64,000 nt of DNA from contig JAYWIR010000034.1 in assembly GCA_036172245.1 (NCBI GenBank), positions 372,001 through 436,000 of the forward strand, written 5' to 3'. This DNA comes from Raillietiella orientalis. Lineage: Eukaryota. The notes under the pieces were generated by a model. The model was not told the DNA's origin. It saw only the letters and a program-made list of their open reading frames with translations, and did no database searches. The stretch's first letter is position 1, and each line of letters opens with the position of its first letter. Shown here piece by piece: positions 60,590 through 64,000 of the stretch. Made by a program: the position numbers and the translations under genes.

Positions 60590-61700
60590 GAGAGAAGCGC
60601 TGCCCACGAGCCCCGCGGTTTCCCCTTCCCCAACTCTTCCACCTCGATCCTCTAGGGAAGGATGCTGACACCAGGAAGTTCTTGATGGACTCCCTTGTCC
60701 GGAAAAGAGAGGTGCTTTATTGAGCACGGGTACAGGCAGGGGAAAGCAGCATCGGGAAAGACAGATCTCAGGAGCGAAAGAGGTAGAGGTGCTCAATTGC
60801 CTCTTCTTCCACAGCTGAGGCGGCCTTTGCTAAGAAACGTGACATCAGTAGATCTTCCAGGTGCGACCCCGAGGGTCGATCCTGAAATCCAGTCCGATTT
60901 CATAGTCGGAAGGGTTTGCTGTAGTGGGAGAGACCTAGAGCACCTCCCCACATCCATCCCGATAGATGACCCGGAAGTGACCTCAGCTTGGGGACTCCGG
61001 TTATCAGCGGCCCGGAACGTTCCTCTGGGAGGCTCATCCTCCTTATCCAAGGGATGCGGGAAATCAGGTTCTCTCCTTCCCTTCATCACTGCTCGCCGAG
61101 TGTGGTGCAGGAACGCACATTTAGGGGAATGTGAGCTTCTCGCCTTCGGTGCGTTTCGTTGATCCCGTCCCTCGACCGCTTCCTCCACCTGTACGTCATC
61201 CGCCTCCTTCTCTTTCTTTTCACCGCATCCCATTTCCTATGGATCGAGAGCGGTCCACCGGCCTCTGGGGACTCGGAACGCTCGGGACAGCTGGTAGCGG
61301 TCCCTCTCTCCCCCTTTCGGTCCTCTTTCAAAGGGCTCCGATGCTGAACTTCCTGCGTGGTTCCCTGTAGTTCTCACCCTCACGTCCTGAATCCTCTCGC
61401 TCGGGGATGGCGGGTGCCCTCGAGCCCTACAACCCTGGGGCACGGAGCTCGGAAGGTAAATTTTACTCCCTCCTCGCTTCTTAAGAAGGAATGGTCCTTC
61501 TTAAGAAGCCCGAGCATCGGCATAGGGACGACACGCTTGTAAGAGGAGCAGTACCCAACCGTTCTTCCTACGGGATCCTTTGCCCTACAGCATATCCTTG
61601 GTTTATGCGCTGTCGTGCAGTGCTCTCTTAGTGGCCAAGCAACGGCAGCTCAATAACTCCGTGGGGTTTCCAGACGCCTGCTAGGAGTCCCTATCAGCCG
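60590..61700 (+). mobile_element. degenerate GC-rich L1/Tx1-like RT remnant
   Basis: Colinear: LPQLFHLD, RKFLMDSLVRKREVL, KTDL, FIVGRVCCSGRDLEHLPTSIPIDDP (FxVxRGVRQGDPLS..IxIEP), SSFKG, SLLKKEW. Confidence 0.6.
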
Positions 61701-61749
61701 GCTGGTCCCACTCCTTGCCTCTGCCCTTCCTTCGCCCTGGTTCAGGAAA

Positions 61750-64000
61750 GTGAGCTGAAGAGGAGCTCCCCTGCCCAGTAAAGATCACGTGTTGCAGGGG
61801 CTTGCGGAGGTTGTCAGGAGCTGCCCGCTTCTCCTGTGCTCACCTGCCGTGACCGGAGGCCTCAGCAGCAGAGAATCCGAGATGCGTGTCGGGATGAACG
61901 GTACCCCGGAAACCGGGCAGACAACGCTATCCTCCAATCTCCCTCCCCGCCCTCTGCGGTCCTCGAGAGCAACTTGAGAATGAGGGCGTCCCTACTCCCA
62001 CTTGGTATCAGGGAGCTGGCAGACGCTTCCAGCCTGGACACTCCGGGGAGACTGCCGCCCGGTCCTCGAGAAGCCTTCGCTCTCACTCGGCAGGGCGTCC
62101 CGGATGCTGCGTATCCGGAGCCTTAGGATTGTGCCTTCCTTCCTCCCCCTCCCTCCCAGCTACCCGCTCTCCGGACGCGATGGACTCCACTTCCTCCTCC
62201 CTTCCGCGGTGCCCTGGGACCCGTGAGAGAAGAAGAGGGCTCAAGCTCCCTCTCTCCCTGCTACCCCGGAAGGACGACCTCTCGGAACGCCAACGAATTC
62301 GGAAACGCCGCTCCCTGTTCCTCTCTTAGCGAGGCGCGGTTAGCGTAGGGGCTCCTACCCGTCCTGGATTGTGGTGGCTCCGCAGTAACCAGAGCAGTAA
62401 CCGCTGAATTGGCCACGGATCCATGGCAACGAGACGTGGAGTGCGTTCGTTCCTTCATCTTGGACGAAGGGGATACCGGGAGAGTGAGCAGCTCAAGCCC
62501 CAAGACCCTCCCGCCGTTCCACCGTCCCTCCTCCTTATTTTCCCCGGTATCGGTGTTGCGCGCTCCCGGAGGGCCAGTACAAAGTGGGGAGCTCCAGGTT
62601 GGCGACCGCCTCCCAGCTCTGCACCAAAGAATGCATCCCAAAATCTTCTGAACGGACCTGTGGGCATCCGTGGGCAACAAGGAGAGGGAAGGAAGGAGGG
62701 GAGAGGGAAGACGTGCCTGGAGTCCTCCTTCCCACTGATCTTGCGGGAAGACGTGCGGGCGGTGGATAGAACGCGTGCCCTGCCGCAGCGCTCGAGGCTC
62801 ATGCCTTCCCTCCCCTCCTGGGATGTTCGGTACCCCCAATCTGGACGCTCCAGGAGAGCACGTCCTTGCCGATGGGGTGCGGCTCCAAGTAGTGGAAGGG
62901 GCACTCCAAAGGGGGGGAGCGAACGTCCCGGGTTCGCAGGAAAGGGGAGGAAACGCCAGGAGGGGAAGAAGCTGGGAAGCGGAAAGCGGCGCTTCCGGGA
63001 GGGGACGGGGAACCTGCCCCGTGGGCGCCCTTCAGGTGCACCCCCTCGAGTGGCTGAGGGGAGAAGCGGATATCCGTCCCGGACCCCTGCATGTGCATCC
63101 CGGACTGAGTCACCTGCAGGGGAGGTGCGCCCGGGAGATCCTCTTCCTTGGCAGCAGCGATTCCCTCGAAAGGAGTCAACCCCTTCCTTGGAGGATCGGA
63201 GTGGAAGAGTGAGGGAAGGGGCACCCGCGGGGCTCGTGGGCAGCGCTTCAGATTGGACAGACGAGACGGTGCGGCAGAGGACGCTCTAGGAGGCCGAGAA
63301 ATGGGCTGTTCTCCCGGAGGGCTCGTTCCCGGTGAAAAAAAGGGGAAGGAAGGAAGCGCTCGTGTCCGCGCCCCTCCCTACGGCGAAGGTCTCGTGCCCT
63401 CCCTGGGTAGAAGGCGGAGGGGGTGAACGGAGTCCCCTCAAGCGGAGGAGGAGCGCCCTCTCCCTCCTTTTCCCCGAGAGACACCCCCCGGGGGGAAGGT
63501 CATGCGTACTCACGGGGCAACCATGTCCGGTCCATCGGAGCCGCCGCTCGCCTCCGCTCCTCGCCCCGGTAACCGCCAGCTCGGGGATGGCACTGGCGCA
63601 CGTGCGCAGCGTCCTCCCGCATTTTGGAGCTCCTCGGCGGAAGAGCCGCGCGCCCTCTCGCGGCTTCCGGATTGGCGGCCCGGCCAGGAGAGAGGCGGGA
63701 TCGGCTGCCGTCTCCCCGCCCTTCCCGCGCAGTGGCAAGCGGTCCCCCTTTCTGGTTCGCTCCAGCTCCGCGCTTCCGGCCTCGAGTTCGGGGCCGAGGC
63801 CTGGCCGTCGCGTTCGCAACGGGAAGGGGAAGGCCCGCTTCGGCTCCTCCCCCCCTTCCCCTCGCATCCCCGGATGCCCTCCCTCCGCCCGCGCGCGCGG
63901 CTCCCAAAGGTCGCGTTCCCATGAGTTGGGTATCCGCGGATCCGTCGTTTCCTCCCTACTTTCCACCCCCACCCACCCCCGTCCTCTTCCCTTCCCTTCC
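61750..64000 (-). mobile_element. degenerate GC-rich L1/Tx1-like ORF2 remnant (linker, RT, thumb, zinc knuckle); runs off the window end
   Basis: Colinear: RARAE..GEEPKRAFPFPLRTRR, QPIS, LPSLFHSD, SSPFLRTRDVRSPPLECPFHYLEP, KILGCIL, W....YRGK, SLREEQG..FPN, LQHVIF. Confidence 0.65.

Noticed and set aside
60760..60830. Minus-strand zinc-knuckle look-alike (EEEAIEHLYLF)
   Set aside because: The plus strand gives a longer colinear series of RT motifs across the same bases.
62423..63289. Longest ORF in the track (288 aa, plus strand)
   Set aside because: Low-complexity R/G/P-rich antisense shadow of a GC-rich minus-strand LINE remnant.

Overview
Eukaryotic (animal, probably arthropod-like) genomic DNA. 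It holds one recognisable protein-coding gene, a glial cells missing (gcm/GCM-domain) transcription factor on the minus strand. I reconstructed it by hand from seven coding exons (53076-53014, 52960-52835, 52784-52661, 52268-52150, 51910-51779, 46567-46501, 45250-44694; about 395 aa). The ORF track shows it only as fragments. One intron inside the DNA-binding domain has a non-canonical GC donor. Most of the rest that I could interpret is heavily decayed retrotransposon debris: L1/Tx1-like ORF2 remnants on both strands, plus weaker RTE, CR1/L2 and Penelope-like traces. There are two copies of a roughly 780-bp tRNA-headed SINE-like element carrying an internal ~38-nt hairpin array, and one copy is split by a Tx1-like insertion. 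Base composition swings from GC-rich ends to an AT-rich centre. I see no prokaryote-type system (CRISPR, operon, rRNA). TE boundaries are approximate and all alignments were done by eye.
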